From Amphiscolops sp. MND2022 (lineage: Eukaryota), in the NCBI GenBank assembly GCA_964187785.1, contig OZ076413.1, positions 47,120,001 to 47,184,000 on the forward strand: DNA of 64,000 nucleotides. The letters run 5' to 3'. Shown one piece after another: positions 62,201 through 64,000 of this stretch; the first letter of the stretch is position 1, and each line of letters opens with the position of its first letter. Position numbers and translations under genes: made by a program. Under the pieces are notes generated by a model. It worked only from the letters and a program-made list of their open reading frames with translations, was not told the origin of the DNA and did no database searches.

Positions 62201-62437
62201 ATGCAGGATGTTGATGATGAACAGGAGGACACTACTGAGAAACAGCTCGAAGAAGAGGAGGAAGACAGCGAACCCGAAGAAGAAGAGGACGTGGTTTATG
62301 AGGAGAATTCTGAGAGTGACGTCATTAAACCTGGAAGTAACAGAATGACGTCGTGCGCTTCTGCTGAAGACAATCCTGATGATTTAATCATTGATCCTCA
62401 GACAGAAGATGAAGCATTTACTGTCGAGTTTTCGTAA
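56280..62437 (+). CDS. Coding exon 2 (6158 bp) of ~2160 aa multi-zinc-finger protein with eight composite Zn modules, Arg/Asp-rich linker and acidic tail
   Basis: Uninterrupted 2055-codon frame; acceptor TGCTTTTAG ends at 56279. Repeated CxxC..HxxxxH fingers. Joined CDS 55009-55333 + 56280-62437 = 6483 nt = 2160 aa + stop. No specific ortholog recognised. Confidence 0.93.
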
Positions 62438-62739
62438 TTCGCTTAATTTCCATGAAAAACATGTTTCTCCGTATATCTTTGATTAACTTTCTTGTTCAAA
62501 TGGAGTGTTTTTGGAATACTATTTATTCAGTGTGAGTTTTTCATTGTGGAACGCGCTATAGTGTTTAAAATTTTTCTGAAGTTGAGTAGATTTCCTGCAT
62601 TGATTTTCAGCGCACAGTTCAAGTACCTCGGTGTCCAACTTATGTACCTGAATTTTACCAACTGTCGCTTTCCACCTTGAAGTATATGGGGTTATTATGA
62701 CAAGTGTATATTATAATAATTTTCACGTCTGTTATTTTG

Positions 62740-62745
62740 AATAAA
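62740..62745 (+). terminator. Candidate polyadenylation signal of the zinc-finger gene
   Basis: AATAAA ~300 bp after the stop, followed by T/GT-rich sequence. Confidence 0.45.
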
Positions 62746-63344
62746 ATGTTTCCTGTTCTTGCTCATTTTGCAGGTAGAATGCTACTATTCAAGAAGTTCT
62801 TCAATGTTTGATTAAATATCCGTTTCAAACTACTTTTCAATGGGTTAACTTTTCAATTATATTTACTGAATATAAAAACTGTATTTGTTGAAAACTAATT
62901 CCTGTCGACTAATTCAATATTTCCTGTTGATCCCTTTTTCCTTGGGGATTTTTTGTTTTTACTCATTCAAAAATGTATTGCGGTGGTATATCGTACATTG
63001 TTCACATTGTTGGCTCTTTGAAATACTTTCAGAATTATTGTTCGGGGAATACACTATCTTTTCGGTTTATCAATTGTATCAAACTGGTATCAGAGGCAAT
63101 GTGAATCCCTTCCTGTATATAGGAACATCTGGTGTCAATATTGAATTGAATACCTGTTGCAACTTTCTAGAGTAGAAAAACGCTCGCATTTTCACTTCTA
63201 ACTCAATCCTCAAGTTTTAGAAAATCGATTTGTACGGGGTTTTTCCCAAGTTCTCACAACCACGGGCGCATTTATTATGTCTTGGTGAATCCTTAGTTGT
63301 CAGTCAATTTAAAAGTCCCATTCTGTGAAAATTTTTCAGTTGCA

Positions 63345-63605
63345 ATGGAAAACCTGGGGTTCCAGGAAGAGGAGCAAGTGGATGGACAACTTGAGTTGAA
63401 TGTTTCGATTGACAGCCAATCGGAAAGCAAGCAAAATTCGAATCTTGCGGAATGTTCTGTGGATCTTGGAAGCAAAGGTGCTATCCCCAAAAAGAGCACT
63501 CAAGTACGTAGGAGGGAGCCGAGGATGATTCACTGCCGGGATGGGGTAATTTCGGAAGACGAGATTGGTAAACTGTACGAGCAATTTGACGAGCCCTTGT
63601 CGAAG
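63345..63605 (+). CDS. First coding exon of a possible FAM177-like protein
   Basis: Acceptor TTTTTCAG (63338-39), ATG at 63345, donor AAG|GTTAGC (phase 0). Peptide ...SVDLGSKG..KK..RRREPRMIHCRDGVISEDE resembles the FAM177 motif VELG..KK.PRR.IHF.DG..EEY..DE. Confidence 0.5.
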
Positions 63606-63660
63606 GTTAGCTTTATTTTTTGCTGACTTCCCATAATCATGTTTTAGTAAATACTTTGTT

Positions 63661-64000
63661 GATGTTCAAACAGTTCTGATATAATGACTCCCTGATTTTT
63701 CATCCTGCTGAATATCAAATCACGTTGCAAAAGGTTGCTTGAGGTGTTGGATTCAATTTTAGGCGTTTTCGTGGCTTCGTTGAAAATGATGTTCAAACAG
63801 TTCTGATATAATCTCCCTGATTATCGTTCCTGTTGAATATCAAGTCACATTGCAAAAGGTTGCTTGAGGTGTTGGATTCAATTTCAGGCGTTTTCGTGGC
63901 TTCGTTGAAAATGATGTTCAAACAGTTCTGATATAATGACTCCCTGATTATCGTTCCTGTTGAATATCAAATCACATTGCAAAAGGTTGCTTGAGGTGTT
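63661..64000. repeat. ~126 bp tandem repeat, at least 2.7 copies, runs off the window edge
   Basis: GATGTTCAAACAGTTCTGATATAAT recurs at 63661, 63788 and 63913; copies nearly identical. Confidence 0.93.

Noticed and set aside
56282-62348. Antisense and alternate-frame ORFs overlapping the zinc-finger CDS
   Set aside because: Expected shadows of a long coding frame; no independent motifs.

Overview
AT-rich eukaryotic (invertebrate-like, spliceosomal introns) DNA. All alignments and translations were done by eye. (1) 0-12 kb: a decayed Ty1/copia LTR retrotransposon on the minus strand (1340-6270) with both LTRs, PBS, PPT and gag/IN/RT/RH remnants, surrounded by non-autonomous DNA elements (Helentron/HINE-like, MITE-like, hAT-like) and stop-riddled coding relics. 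(2) ~12-52 kb: a ~40 kb tandem macrosatellite with 17 copies of a landmark motif and unit lengths of ~2.8, ~2.28 and ~1.39 kb; copies at the edges are more diverged. Its unit appears to be the decayed gag-protease region of a BEL/Pao LTR retrotransposon. The parental 5' end (LTR-like segment, tRNA-Lys-like PBS, coiled-coil gag N-terminus, DUF1759-like capsid motif) survives at the right edge (51.5-52.8 kb), and each unit contains older ~0.5-0.65 kb sub-repeats. (3) 55.0-62.4 kb: an intact two-exon gene (~2160 aa) with eight copies of an unusual composite zinc-finger module, SIM-like motifs and an acidic tail. (4) 63.3-64 kb: first coding exon of a possible FAM177-like gene followed by a ~126 bp tandem repeat. 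No rRNA, tRNA or CRISPR seen.
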